DNA from: Acidimicrobiales bacterium
GTDB taxonomy: Bacteria; Actinomycetota; Acidimicrobiia; Acidimicrobiales; SZUA-35
NCBI GenBank assembly: GCA_033851875.1
Contig: JAWSVN010000017.1
Coordinates: 277 to 62,410, forward strand
Direction: 5' to 3'
Length of the DNA: 62,134 nt
A program made the translations under genes and the position numbers. Every line of letters starts with the position of its first letter. Within the stretch, counting starts at the first letter, position 1. The notes beneath the pieces were generated by a model. It saw only the letters and a list, made by a program, of their open reading frames with translations. It made no database searches and was not told where the DNA came from. Shown piece by piece: positions 29,522 to 39,468 of the stretch.

Positions 29522-30595
29522 ATGGAATTGATCGACGCGTTGCATCTGCGTGGCTGGCGACCGCTGGCGCTCGCGGTGCTGGTCGCTGCCGGCGCCCTCG
29601 TGGGGGCGATGATCCCGCAGGACACGACCTATACCTCGCAGCACATCGTGTTCGCGGCCCAGCTCGCGTCCGACGACCTGTCGCCGGCACAGCTCGAGGA
29701 CTTCGCCGACGAGCTCCGGTTGGCGGCGACCCTGCCCCAGGTGTCCGACACGGTCGACGAGGCGCTCGGCGCCGACGCCGCCGACTACACGGTCGAGATC
29801 TCCCAGACCGCCTCCGACACCTCGCTGCGGTTCACCGCCGAGGCATCGTCGGAGAGCGTGGCCCGAGAGGCGAGCCGTCTCACCGCTCAGGAGACCGCCG
29901 AGTTCGTGATCGGGCAGTCGATCGTGCGGGCCGACTCGCTCGTCGCTGCGCTCGAGACCCAGCTGGCCGTGGTTCGGGAGGAGCAGGAGACCCTCACCGA
30001 CCTGGCGGGCGGCATCGACCCCAACATCGCCCTCACCCGGGCCTCGGAACTCCTCTTCGATTCCCGCCAGGCGGCCGCGGCCGGCGACACCGAGGCCGGG
30101 CAGCTGGCCGACTCGCTGGAGGAAGAGATCGAGCTGCTGCGTCCCCACCAGCAGCAGTACGCCCTCCTCGAGGAGGAGGCAGGCCAGATCGCCGACGGAC
30201 TCGGGGTGGCGATCACCGACCGGTCCCGCTCGCAGAACTCCCTCGCCAACGCTTCGAGCGAGCTGGTGATCGCCGAGGTGGCGACCCGTGAGACCTCGAA
30301 GGTCCCGGCGATCGCTCAGAACATGCTGCTGCTGGCGGCGATCAACGGCCTCGTGTTGATCGCAGCGTTCGTGGCGATCGACCTGCTCGCCGACCGCCGC
30401 CGCAAGAACGCACCTCGGGTCGTGGCCAGCAGCGACGACAACATCCTCGACCTGGTCGAGGACGAGGCCGACGACGAGACCGAGGTCGACGACGACCTCG
30501 CCGACGATGTCTCCGATGCCGAGGACGAAACCACCGACGACAACTCCGCTGCCGATGACGACCGCTCCTCGCAGCCTGTCCTGAGGAGCCGGTGA
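29522..30595 (+). CDS. polysaccharide co-polymerase (Wzz-like) membrane protein with acidic C-terminal tail
   Basis: 357 aa. An N-terminal TM helix is followed by a long helical/coiled region and a second TM helix (LLLAAINGLVLIAAFVAI). The tail is rich in D and E. This is the PCP topology, and there is no kinase domain. Confidence 0.5.
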   Translation: MELIDALHLRGWRPLALAVLVAAGALVGAMIPQDTTYTSQHIVFAAQLASDDLSPAQLEDFADELRLAATLPQVSDTVDEALGADAADYTVEISQTASDTSLRFTAEASSESVAREASRLTAQETAEFVIGQSIVRADSLVAALETQLAVVREEQETLTDLAGGIDPNIALTRASELLFDSRQAAAAGDTEAGQLADSLEEEIELLRPHQQQYALLEEEAGQIADGLGVAITDRSRSQNSLANASSELVIAEVATRETSKVPAIAQNMLLLAAINGLVLIAAFVAIDLLADRRRKNAPRVVASSDDNILDLVEDEADDETEVDDDLADDVSDAEDETTDDNSAADDDRSSQPVLRSR

Positions 30596-31776
30596 TGGAG
30601 GCGTCGACGAAGGATCGTCTGACGGTGGCGATGGTCGGGCCCTACCCCGTCGGTCGCCCCCTCTCCAACGGCGTCGAGGCCGTCACGGTCGGCATGGTCG
30701 ACCTCCTGCGACAGCGCGACGACATCGACGTCCAGGTCGTGACCGTCGTCTTCGGCAGCGAGGATCGCATCGTCGAGCAGGACGGGGTGACGATCCACTG
30801 CGTCGGCTCCGACGACCGGCTGCGTCGCATCACCTTCTACCGCAACGAGCGGGTCGGCATCGCCCGCACGCTCCGGCGGATCGCCCCGGACATCGTGCAC
30901 GCCCAGGGCGCCAACTTCTACGGCCTCGGCGCGCTCGCCGCCGACCTGCCGACCGTCGTCACCCTCCACGGCATGCTGTTCAAGGAGGCCAAGATCGTCG
31001 ACGAGCGATCGAGCCGGCTCCGACAGCTGCAGACCCGCGTGCGCGGCTACTTCAACGCCCGGTTCGAAGCTCAGGTCCTCGAACGGGCGGAACACATCAT
31101 CACGATCAGTGGCTACGTCAACGACTCGATCACCGGCCGCACCGAAGCCGAGCTCACGGCGATCGGCAACCCGATCGGCGCCGAGTACTTCGACCTCACC
31201 CATCGCCCCGCGTCGGGCCATCTGCTGTGCGTCGCCCGGATCGAGCCCCGCAAGGGGCAGCACCACCTCGTCGAGGCGGTGCGCCGACTGACCGAGCGCG
31301 GCATCGACGCCACCCTGCACCTCGTCGGCAAACAGGTCGACGCCGAGTACACCGAGGCCGTCAAGGCGTCGATCGCCGAACACGGACTCACCGATCGGGT
31401 GATCCTCACCGGCATCGTCTCGGACGAAGAGCTGCTCGAGCACTACGCCACCGCCTCGGTGGTCGTGATGTCGAGCCGGGAGGAGACCTCCCCGATGGCA
31501 TTCCAGCAGGCGATGGCGGCCGGCATCCCCGTGATCGGGCCTGCCAACGCCGGCATCCCGTACCTGATCGACGACGACGAGAACGGCCTCCTCGTGCCGG
31601 GTCGTGACATCGGCGGCGAGCTGGCCGACGGTCTTGGCCGTCTCCTCACCGAGGACGACCTCCGAGCCCGGTTGGGCAAGGGCGGACGGGCCACGGCCGA
31701 GCGCCGCTTCCGGGCGAGCGAAGTCGGCAACGACACCGTCGCCGTCTACCGCTCGCTCCTCGACCGCACGCGGTGA
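30592..31776 (+). CDS. family 4 (GT-B) glycosyltransferase
   Basis: 394 aa from GTG 30592 or ATG 30595, overlapping the upstream stop. Contains RIEPRKGQHHLV and a Glycos_transf_1-like C-terminal half (SSREETSPMAFQQAMAAGIPVIG). Confidence 0.85.
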   Translation: MMEASTKDRLTVAMVGPYPVGRPLSNGVEAVTVGMVDLLRQRDDIDVQVVTVVFGSEDRIVEQDGVTIHCVGSDDRLRRITFYRNERVGIARTLRRIAPDIVHAQGANFYGLGALAADLPTVVTLHGMLFKEAKIVDERSSRLRQLQTRVRGYFNARFEAQVLERAEHIITISGYVNDSITGRTEAELTAIGNPIGAEYFDLTHRPASGHLLCVARIEPRKGQHHLVEAVRRLTERGIDATLHLVGKQVDAEYTEAVKASIAEHGLTDRVILTGIVSDEELLEHYATASVVVMSSREETSPMAFQQAMAAGIPVIGPANAGIPYLIDDDENGLLVPGRDIGGELADGLGRLLTEDDLRARLGKGGRATAERRFRASEVGNDTVAVYRSLLDRTR

Positions 31777-31798
31777 ACGGTGCAGTGAGCGTCCGGCG

Positions 31799-33256
31799 AT
31801 GACCCGACGCAGTGGTGACGTCGCGATCGCGATCGTCTCGATCGTCGTCGGCGTCCTCGCCGCGTTCAGCCTCCTGGTCATCCAGCCCGACCCGGACCTG
31901 GTCACCCTGGTCCTCGCCCTCACGATCTCGGTCGGCCTCGGGCTGACCGCCCTCTACCGCTTCGAGTGGTTCATCCTCGCTGCGCTCGCGATCCGCCCCG
32001 CGCTCGACGATCTCAAGACCGAGGCCCTCGACCCGCTGCAGCCCTCCGCCATCCTCGGCCTGCTGGTGATCGGCCTGGTGATCGTGCGGCTGGGCGCCGA
32101 CCGGGCCCACGGGGCCAAGGCGATCGCCACCCCGATGGCCGCGGCCTATGTCGCCTGTGGCGCGCTCCTCGCCATCTCACTGGTGACGTCACTCGACCGG
32201 GGCGAGACGATGCCCGCCGTGCTCGGCTTCGTGTCGTCGGTCGCCCTCTACCTCGGCATCGAGCGCGGCCTGCGCGAGGACCGTCGGGCCCTGCTCCGCC
32301 TCGTCGGTGCCCTGGCCGTCGGCCTGGTGATCCCGGTCGCGACGGGCATCGTCCAGTACTTCTGGACCGGCACCCTCGAACCGATCTCCGGGCTGGTCCG
32401 GCTCGACGGTTCGTTCACCCACTACAACCCGTTCGCCACCTACCTCGTCATCGTGCTGCTGCTGGGGTTCGCTGCGATCACCGCGATGCGGCCGGCCGAC
32501 CGGGTGTTCTCGGTGTTCCCGGTAGCCGCCAGCCTGTTCGTGCTGGTCTACACCTACGCCCGGGCGGCCTGGATCTCCTTCACGCTCGGCGTCATGCTGC
32601 TCGTGTGGCGGATCGACCGTCGGGTGACGATCGGCGTCGGCGTGGCCGTCGTGCTCGCCGCCTTCCTCGTGCCCGGCATCAGCGACCGTCTCGCCAACAT
32701 CACCGCCGACACCGGCGCCGACGGTGGGGCCAAGACCGACGATTCCCTCGCTTGGCGGATCTCTTACTGGGGCGAGGTCGCTCCCCTCTTCTGGCGCAAT
32801 CCGATCTCGGGCGTCGGCCTCCAGGTCGTGCCGTCGCTCACCGTGCGGGGCGCCCGCCCCCACAACAGCTTCCTCCAGGCCGCCGTCGAGGCCGGCATCC
32901 TCGGCTTGGTCGGTTGGCTCCTCCTCGTCGGCACCGCCGTCGTGCTGACCATCAAGGCCTACCGGCTCGCCGACCGCCTGCCGCACGGTGCCCCGGGCTC
33001 GCTCGGCAAGCTCGAGCGGGCGATGCTGATCGGCGCCGTCGCAGCCACCGCCTCGACGATCCTGCAGCTCATCAGCGAGAACATCCTCACCGACACCGTG
33101 TTGCAGTGGCACCTCAACGTGGCCCTCGCCCACATGGCGGTGATGGTCTGGGGCAGACACCGCGGTCGAGAGGCCGACACCGGCAGCGAGACCGGCCAGC
33201 CCGTCGTCGACCGACCGGATGACCGGATCGAGGCCGAACTGGTGGGCACACGATGA
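31799..33256 (+). CDS. O-antigen ligase/polymerase family protein (Wzy-like)
   Basis: ATG at 31799, 485 aa, at least 10 TM helices. The loop motif RPHNSFLQAAVEAGILGLVGWLLL is typical of the Wzy_C domain. Confidence 0.75.
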   Translation: MTRRSGDVAIAIVSIVVGVLAAFSLLVIQPDPDLVTLVLALTISVGLGLTALYRFEWFILAALAIRPALDDLKTEALDPLQPSAILGLLVIGLVIVRLGADRAHGAKAIATPMAAAYVACGALLAISLVTSLDRGETMPAVLGFVSSVALYLGIERGLREDRRALLRLVGALAVGLVIPVATGIVQYFWTGTLEPISGLVRLDGSFTHYNPFATYLVIVLLLGFAAITAMRPADRVFSVFPVAASLFVLVYTYARAAWISFTLGVMLLVWRIDRRVTIGVGVAVVLAAFLVPGISDRLANITADTGADGGAKTDDSLAWRISYWGEVAPLFWRNPISGVGLQVVPSLTVRGARPHNSFLQAAVEAGILGLVGWLLLVGTAVVLTIKAYRLADRLPHGAPGSLGKLERAMLIGAVAATASTILQLISENILTDTVLQWHLNVALAHMAVMVWGRHRGREADTGSETGQPVVDRPDDRIEAELVGTR

Positions 33257-33918
33257 ACGCCGCGAGGCCGTCTCGGCCGATGCCCGTCGCGTTGCTGGCC
33301 GTGATCGTGGTCGTCGCGGCGCTTCTCGGTGCCCTGCTCGGGTTCGGCTCCGGTGCTCGGTACCGGTCCGAAGCCGTCTTCTCGATCAGCCGACTCGAGG
33401 GCGACGGGGTCACCCGGCCCGAGCTCCGCCGCATCGCCGACGATCTGGTGGTCGTGTCGAGTCTGCCCTCGGTCCGCCAGGAGGTCCGCCGCCGGGTCGA
33501 ACTGCCCGCGGGCGCCGAGTTCGAACCCGACGTGGGCGTCCATGAGGAGGCCGAAGGCGTCGTGCGCTTCACCGCGACCCACGCCGATGCCGACACCGCC
33601 CGCGAGCTGGCCCTCGCCCTCGCCACCGTCTCGGTCGAATTCCTCGTCGACGGACGGTCCTCGCCGGCCGACGACCCACTCAGCGTGGCCAGCCGCGCCG
33701 CCACCGACGCCGTACTCGCCGACCAGGCCCTCGTGACCCCCGACAGCACCGTCGCCATCTCGCTGTGGCCGGCCTTCGCCCGGTCGGCCGTGGTCGCCGC
33801 TGTCGTGTCGCTGTTGACCGGTCTCACCCTCGTCGGCCTCCGCTCCGCAACCCGCACCCGCACCCTCCACGACCCGCACCTCACTGCTCGATCAGATCTG
33901 AAGGGATCCTTCTCATGA
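33253..33918 (+). CDS. bitopic membrane protein, possible second chain-length/PCP-like protein
   Basis: 221 aa with an ATGA overlap to the Wzy stop. TM helices lie at both ends, flanking a soluble domain. Confidence 0.4.
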   Translation: MNAARPSRPMPVALLAVIVVVAALLGALLGFGSGARYRSEAVFSISRLEGDGVTRPELRRIADDLVVVSSLPSVRQEVRRRVELPAGAEFEPDVGVHEEAEGVVRFTATHADADTARELALALATVSVEFLVDGRSSPADDPLSVASRAATDAVLADQALVTPDSTVAISLWPAFARSAVVAAVVSLLTGLTLVGLRSATRTRTLHDPHLTARSDLKGSFS

Positions 33919-34859
33919 CCATCATGGTGACCGGCGCCGCCGGCTATCTCGGCAGCTATGTCTGCGACGTGCTCCTCGAGGCGGGCGATCGGGTGGTCGG
34001 CCTCGACAATCTGGCATGGGGCATCCCCGAGCACGTCGAACGCTTCGCCGACGACGACCGCTTCGTGTTCGTGCAGGCCGACATCGGCGACACCGACGCC
34101 GTCACCGCCGCCATCATCACCCATGGCGTCACCGAGATCTACCACCTGGCCGCCCTTCACTTCATTCCGGCCGCCGTGCGCAACCCGTCGCTGGCCGTGG
34201 GCATCAACGTCCTCGGCACCCAGTCGATGCTCGACGCCGTGCGCCGGGCCGCCGCCGAGGGTCATCGGGTGGAGCGATTCGCCTTCGCCTCGACCGGTGA
34301 CGTCTACGCACCCGCCGACGAGGCCCACCGGATCGACGGCGAAATCGGCCCCTTCAACATCTACGGTCTGTCGAAGCTCCAGGGCGAGCAGCTGATCGCC
34401 CTCGCCGATCGCGACCTCGACACGACCTTCCTCGTGTCGCGGTTCTTCAACCTCTACGGCGCCCGCGAGACCAACCCCCACATCGTGCCCGAGATCGTCG
34501 ACCAGCTCCGCGAGGGCACCGGCGAACTGCTCCTCGGCAACCTCGAGCCGCGCCGTGACATGGTGCCGATCGATCAGGCCGCCAAGGCCCTCGTCGAGGC
34601 GACCCGGGCCGCCGCTCCCGGCGTCACCACCGTCAACATCGGCACCGGGGTGGCCCACACGATGCAGAGCGTCGTCGACACCCTGGTCGAACTCGCCGGC
34701 ACCGAGACGACGGTCGGCACCGACCCGGCCAAGGTCCGGGCGTCGGAGCGCATGCACCTCCAGGCCGATACCGGTCCCCTCGAGGCCCTGATCGGCTGGG
34801 CGCCGAGCGGCGACCTCGAGGCCGGGATCAAGAAGCTCCTCGTCGACGAAGGGTTCTAG
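33915..34859 (+). CDS. NAD-dependent sugar epimerase/dehydratase (SDR)
   Basis: ATG at 33915 forms an ATGA overlap; 314 aa. Rossmann motif VTGAAGYLGS and catalytic YGLSK (YxxxK). Confidence 0.85.
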   Translation: MTIMVTGAAGYLGSYVCDVLLEAGDRVVGLDNLAWGIPEHVERFADDDRFVFVQADIGDTDAVTAAIITHGVTEIYHLAALHFIPAAVRNPSLAVGINVLGTQSMLDAVRRAAAEGHRVERFAFASTGDVYAPADEAHRIDGEIGPFNIYGLSKLQGEQLIALADRDLDTTFLVSRFFNLYGARETNPHIVPEIVDQLREGTGELLLGNLEPRRDMVPIDQAAKALVEATRAAAPGVTTVNIGTGVAHTMQSVVDTLVELAGTETTVGTDPAKVRASERMHLQADTGPLEALIGWAPSGDLEAGIKKLLVDEGF

Positions 34860-36118
34860 GCTCCGGCCAGTGCGCCTCGGTCTCGCCGCAGCGAGCGGTA
34901 CGACCACAGGATCCAGCCGAGGTAGCCGGCGTAGGCCGCCGACGTGACGGCGGCCGCTCCGAGGATGCCGAACACCGGGGCCGCCACCGCCAGTCCGGCG
35001 ACGGTGATCACCGCCGACGCGAGCTGGGCCTTCGAGGCGTCCTCGGGTCGGTTGAACGCGTCGAGGGCGGACGCGTAGACCGTGGCAAGGTCGTTGCAGA
35101 ACTGGCCCGGCAGCAGGATCAAGAGCGGGGCCACCGCCGGGGCGAAGGCATCGCCGGCCAGGAGCGGGACCAGGAACGGGCTGACGATCGCGAGCAGCAC
35201 GAGCATCCCGACCGAGGTCAGGCGGGTCCAGCGCACCGCCCGGTCGACGGCGGCGAACCGTTCGGCGTCGTTGTCGGCCCGACGGATGTGGGGCAGCAAG
35301 GTCTGGCCGATGCCCCGGCTGAGGGGGAGGCTGAGCGTCGCTGCGGTGGCGGCGACGGCATAGAAGCCGAGGTCCTCCGACGACACGAGCCCGGCCAGGA
35401 CGAACTGGTCGACGCGGAACGTCACGAGGTAGCTGAGCGACCCGAACCACGCCCGCAGGCCGTAGTGCATGTGGGTCCGGTAGGCGGCCCGCTCGAATCC
35501 TCGGCCGGGGAACGCACGGCCGTAGCCGAGCGCCACGAGCCGGGCGGTCACCTGGGCGACGAAGGTCGAGGCGAGCGCCGATTCGAGCGTGAGGGCACCG
35601 ACGACGGCGAGCCCGACGTAGCCCAGGGTGGTGAACAACGGCGGCAGGGAGTTGAGCAGGTTGAACGCGACGGTCCGGTTCCGGCCGCGCAACCAGAAGA
35701 TCGTGGTGGTCGTCGGATTCACCAACAGCGTCCCGACCAGGTAGACGAAGAACCACTGGCGGGTCACCTCGAGCTTGCCGTCGAGCAGCCAGCCGTAGAG
35801 GGGCCAGAGCACTCCCAGGAACGGCAGGGCGAAGAGCGCCACCGTCGTCCAGCTCGACATGATGATGCGCCGCCACCGCTCCTCGAGGGCGTAGTAGACG
35901 GCGGCCCGCGGCATGCCGAAGCCGGTCATGAAGCCGAGGAGCTGGGTGACCGAAACCACAGCGGCCAGCTCGCCTCGGCCGGCGGGACCGAGCCCGTAGC
36001 CGAGGATCGGCAGGTTGACGATGCCGAGGCCGGCGGTCGCCAGGTAGCTCAGGGCGGTGACGGCCGAATCGCCGCCCTGCCCAGCGAGCTTCGATCGAAC
36101 CCGGCCGACCAGGCTCAT
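34856..36118 (-). CDS. polysaccharide flippase (Wzx/MOP superfamily)
   Basis: 420 aa with about 12 TM helices. Sequence character matches polysaccharide biosynthesis proteins. Confidence 0.7.
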   Translation of the reverse strand: MSLVGRVRSKLAGQGGDSAVTALSYLATAGLGIVNLPILGYGLGPAGRGELAAVVSVTQLLGFMTGFGMPRAAVYYALEERWRRIIMSSWTTVALFALPFLGVLWPLYGWLLDGKLEVTRQWFFVYLVGTLLVNPTTTTIFWLRGRNRTVAFNLLNSLPPLFTTLGYVGLAVVGALTLESALASTFVAQVTARLVALGYGRAFPGRGFERAAYRTHMHYGLRAWFGSLSYLVTFRVDQFVLAGLVSSEDLGFYAVAATAATLSLPLSRGIGQTLLPHIRRADNDAERFAAVDRAVRWTRLTSVGMLVLLAIVSPFLVPLLAGDAFAPAVAPLLILLPGQFCNDLATVYASALDAFNRPEDASKAQLASAVITVAGLAVAAPVFGILGAAAVTSAAYAGYLGWILWSYRSLRRDRGALAGA

Positions 36119-36130
36119 CGTCCGATCCGC

Positions 36131-36739
36131 CTAGAACTCGTAGCCGAAGCGTTCGATGTCGGCGGCGAAGGCGTCGGCCACGATGGCCGCGGTCTCCTCG
36201 TCGTACATCTCCCGATACGCGGGACGCTTCGTGGTGTTCCTGCGAGGCAGCTCGACCCGGCCGAGGCCGCGGGCCTCGCACACGTCGGCGAAGTCGTCGG
36301 CCAGCTCCTCGACCCGCAACACGGTGTCGACCGCCAGGCCGCCGTCGCCGTCGCCGGCGAAGTCGCTGAACGTCATGAAGCTCGCACCCGAGCCGCCCGC
36401 CTTGACGTAGTCGGCGAAGTCGAGCTCGACGGCGAGCGGGTGCCGGTCGGGGATGGTCTGACGCTGATAGCTCCAGACCGACACCATCCGGTCCCACGGG
36501 TTGCGGACGACGGCCACCCGGTGGGCGCCGACGATGGCGGGCCGCCAGGCGAACAGTCGCTCGAACTCGAGCGCCGTCATGTGCTTCCACGGCAGATCGC
36601 TGCGCAACAGCGGGTGGGCCAGTCGGGCGTAGCCCTCCCACCGCTTGGACCGCTGGGGCGCGAGCGCCGCCTCGATGGAGCTCGAGCCAGCCTTGTTGTA
36701 GGCGAGGAAGACCAGGTCGTGGTCGGGCAGCACCATCAT
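36131..36739 (-). CDS. sulfotransferase family 2-like protein
   Basis: 202 aa. FLAYNKAGSSSIEAAL is a PSB-like loop, and VVRNPWDRMVSVWSY is a 3'-PB-like motif. Confidence 0.65.
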   Translation of the reverse strand: MMVLPDHDLVFLAYNKAGSSSIEAALAPQRSKRWEGYARLAHPLLRSDLPWKHMTALEFERLFAWRPAIVGAHRVAVVRNPWDRMVSVWSYQRQTIPDRHPLAVELDFADYVKAGGSGASFMTFSDFAGDGDGGLAVDTVLRVEELADDFADVCEARGLGRVELPRRNTTKRPAYREMYDEETAAIVADAFAADIERFGYEF

Positions 36740-36843
36740 GGTCCCCGAAGCCTACCGACGGCCCCTCCTCGCGATCAGTCGGCAAAACTCCCCCGCCGAG
36801 CGCCCGGACGTGGGCCGAACGGGCCGTCCCGGCACGGCCATCG

Positions 36844-36870
36844 AATTTCTCCTACGGTCATAGTGCAATT
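36844..36870 (+). promoter_or_regulatory. conserved suf-associated motif, copy 1 (upstream of sufC-sufS-sufU)
   Basis: AATTTCTCCTACGGTCATAGTGCAATT ends 25 nt before the ATG at 36896. TACACT (TANNNT) lies at 36883-36888, 7 nt before the ATG. Confidence 0.6.
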
Positions 36871-36895
36871 CCGGGCACCCTCTACACTGGACGCC

Positions 36896-37656
<761 letters not shown>

Positions 37657-37660
<4 letters not shown>

Positions 37661-38925
37661 GCGCCACCGACCCGACGCCCACCCTCGACACCCTGGCGGT
37701 CAAGGCCGATTTCCCGATCCTGGCCCAGACCCAGGTGGGCGGCGACGGCGTCGAACGCCCTCTCGTCTTCCTCGACTCGGCGGCCTCGTCGCAGCGCCCG
37801 CGCCAGGTGATCGAGGCGATGGACGAGATCTACATCCACTCCTACGCCAACGTGCACCGAGGCGTCTACCAGCTGGCCGAGCGGGCCACCCGGGCCTACG
37901 AGGATGCGAGGGCCAAGGTGGCCCGCTTCATCAACGCGCCAAGTGCGGACGAGGTGATCTTCACCAAGAACGCCACCGAGGCCCTCAACCTGGTCGCCCA
38001 GTCGTGGGGCCGAGCCAACCTCGGGCCGGGCGACGCAGTGCTGATCAGCCTGATGGAGCACCACGCCAACATCGTGCCGTGGCAGATGCTGGCGGCCGAG
38101 AAGGGCTTCGAGATCCGCTGGATCCCGGTGACCGACGATGGCCACCTCGATCTCGCCGACCTCGACCGCCTGCTCGACGGGGTCAAGATGCTCGCCGTCA
38201 CGTCGATGTCCAACGTGCTCGGCACCCTCACCCCGATCGATCAGCTCGTGGCTGCGGCTCGAGCGGTCGGCGCTGCGGTGTGCGTCGACGCCTGCCAGTC
38301 GGTCCCCCACCTGCCCACCGACGTGGCGGCGATGGGCGCCGACTTCGTCGCCTTCAGCGGCCACAAGATGCTGGGGCCCGGCGGGGTCGGCGTGTTGTGG
38401 GGCCGCTCCGAGCTGCTCGACGCCATGCCGCCCTTCCTCGGTGGCGGCGGCATGATCCTCAACGTCACGACCGACGGCTTCATCCCCGAGGGGATCCCGG
38501 CCAAGTTCGAGGCCGGCACGCCGCCGATCGCCGACGCCGTTGGCCTCGGCGCCGCGGTCGACTACCTCGAGGCGCTGGGCATGGACGCCGTGCGCCAACA
38601 CGAGGTCGAGCTGACCGGCTACGCGATGCGCACCCTGACCGAGGCTCTCGGCGACGACATCACGATCTACGGGCCGTCGGAGCCGGCGGCCCGGGGTGGT
38701 GTGCTCTCGCTGGCCTTGCGCGAGGTGCATGCCCACGACATCAGCCAGATCCTCGACGAGCACGCGGTGTGCATCCGACCCGGCCATCACTGTGCCAAGC
38801 CCTTGATGCGCCGCTACGAGGTGTCGGCGACCGCTCGGGCGAGCTTCTATGTCTACAACGACGAGTCCGACGTCGACGCCCTCGCCGACGCCCTCGTCCA
38901 CGCCCGCGACTTCTTCGCACTCTAG
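37657..38925 (+). CDS. sufS: cysteine desulfurase SufS
   Basis: GTG at 37657 forms a GTGA overlap; 422 aa. Contains HHANIVPW, PLP-lysine FSGHKMLGP, and the active-site loop RPGHHCAKPL. Confidence 0.9.
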
Positions 38926-38938
38926 GAGAGACAACCCG

Positions 38939-39436
38939 ATGGCCGGCCTCGAAGATCTGTACCGAGAGATCATCCTCGACCACTACCGCAGCCCCCGCAA
39001 CAAGGGAGAGCTGGAGACCCCGCCGGCCCACAAGGCCGAGGGTTTCAACCCGCTGTGCGGCGACGAGATCGTCGTCTACCTGACGACCGATGGCGACGGC
39101 GACGACGCCGTGATCACCGACGTGAAGATCGGTGGGCAGGGCTGCTCGATCAGCCAGTCGTCCGCCTCGATGATGTCGGCCGCGGTCAAGGGCCGCACGG
39201 TCGGCGAGGCCCGCAAGCTCAACGACGCCTTCAAGGTGATGATGAGCATCCACGAGGCCTCCGTCGGCGGCGACGGCTCGGAGGCCGGCGTCGACCCCGA
39301 CGCGGTCGCCCTCGACGACGACCTCAAGCTCGGCGATCTCGAGGCCCTGCGCGGCGTCGTGAAGTTCCCGGTGCGGATCAAGTGCGCCACCCTCAGCTGG
39401 AACACCCTCGCCGAGGCGATCGAGACCGCCGGCTGA
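38939..39436 (+). CDS. sufU: SufU/NifU-type Fe-S scaffold or sulfur-transfer protein
   Basis: ATG at 38939 after AGGAGAG; 165 aa. Contains NPLCGDEI, GQGCSISQSSASMM and IKCATLSW. Confidence 0.9.
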   Translation: MAGLEDLYREIILDHYRSPRNKGELETPPAHKAEGFNPLCGDEIVVYLTTDGDGDDAVITDVKIGGQGCSISQSSASMMSAAVKGRTVGEARKLNDAFKVMMSIHEASVGGDGSEAGVDPDAVALDDDLKLGDLEALRGVVKFPVRIKCATLSWNTLAEAIETAG

Positions 39437-39444
39437 GACTCCCG

Positions 39445-39468
39445 CCTGACCCGCTCGCCCGGGTCAGC
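39445..39468. terminator. bidirectional hairpin between convergent sufU and lipoprotein genes
   Basis: CCTGACCCG-CTCGCC-CGGGTCAGG forms a 9-bp stem with a 6-nt loop. The stem includes the stop codon of the minus-strand gene. Confidence 0.5.

Noticed and set aside
33114-36785. 1223-aa ORF on the minus strand across the glycan cluster
   Set aside because: It runs antisense or out of frame through the Wzz-like and epimerase genes, and out of frame through the Wzx and sulfotransferase genes. It has low-complexity R/P/G composition and is an artefact.
36844-36870. The suf motif as the canonical SufR operator
   Set aside because: It shares only ACACT with the ACACT-N5-TGTGA site I recall for mycobacterial SufR, and it does not match the CAAC-N6-GTTG type. 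No sufR gene lies in the window, so regulator identity is left open.
35288-36895. Upstream 536 codons of the 790-aa track ORF that ends as SufC
   Set aside because: It is antisense to the Wzx and sulfotransferase genes. SufC homology, the conserved motif and the -10-like element all place the start at ATG 36896.
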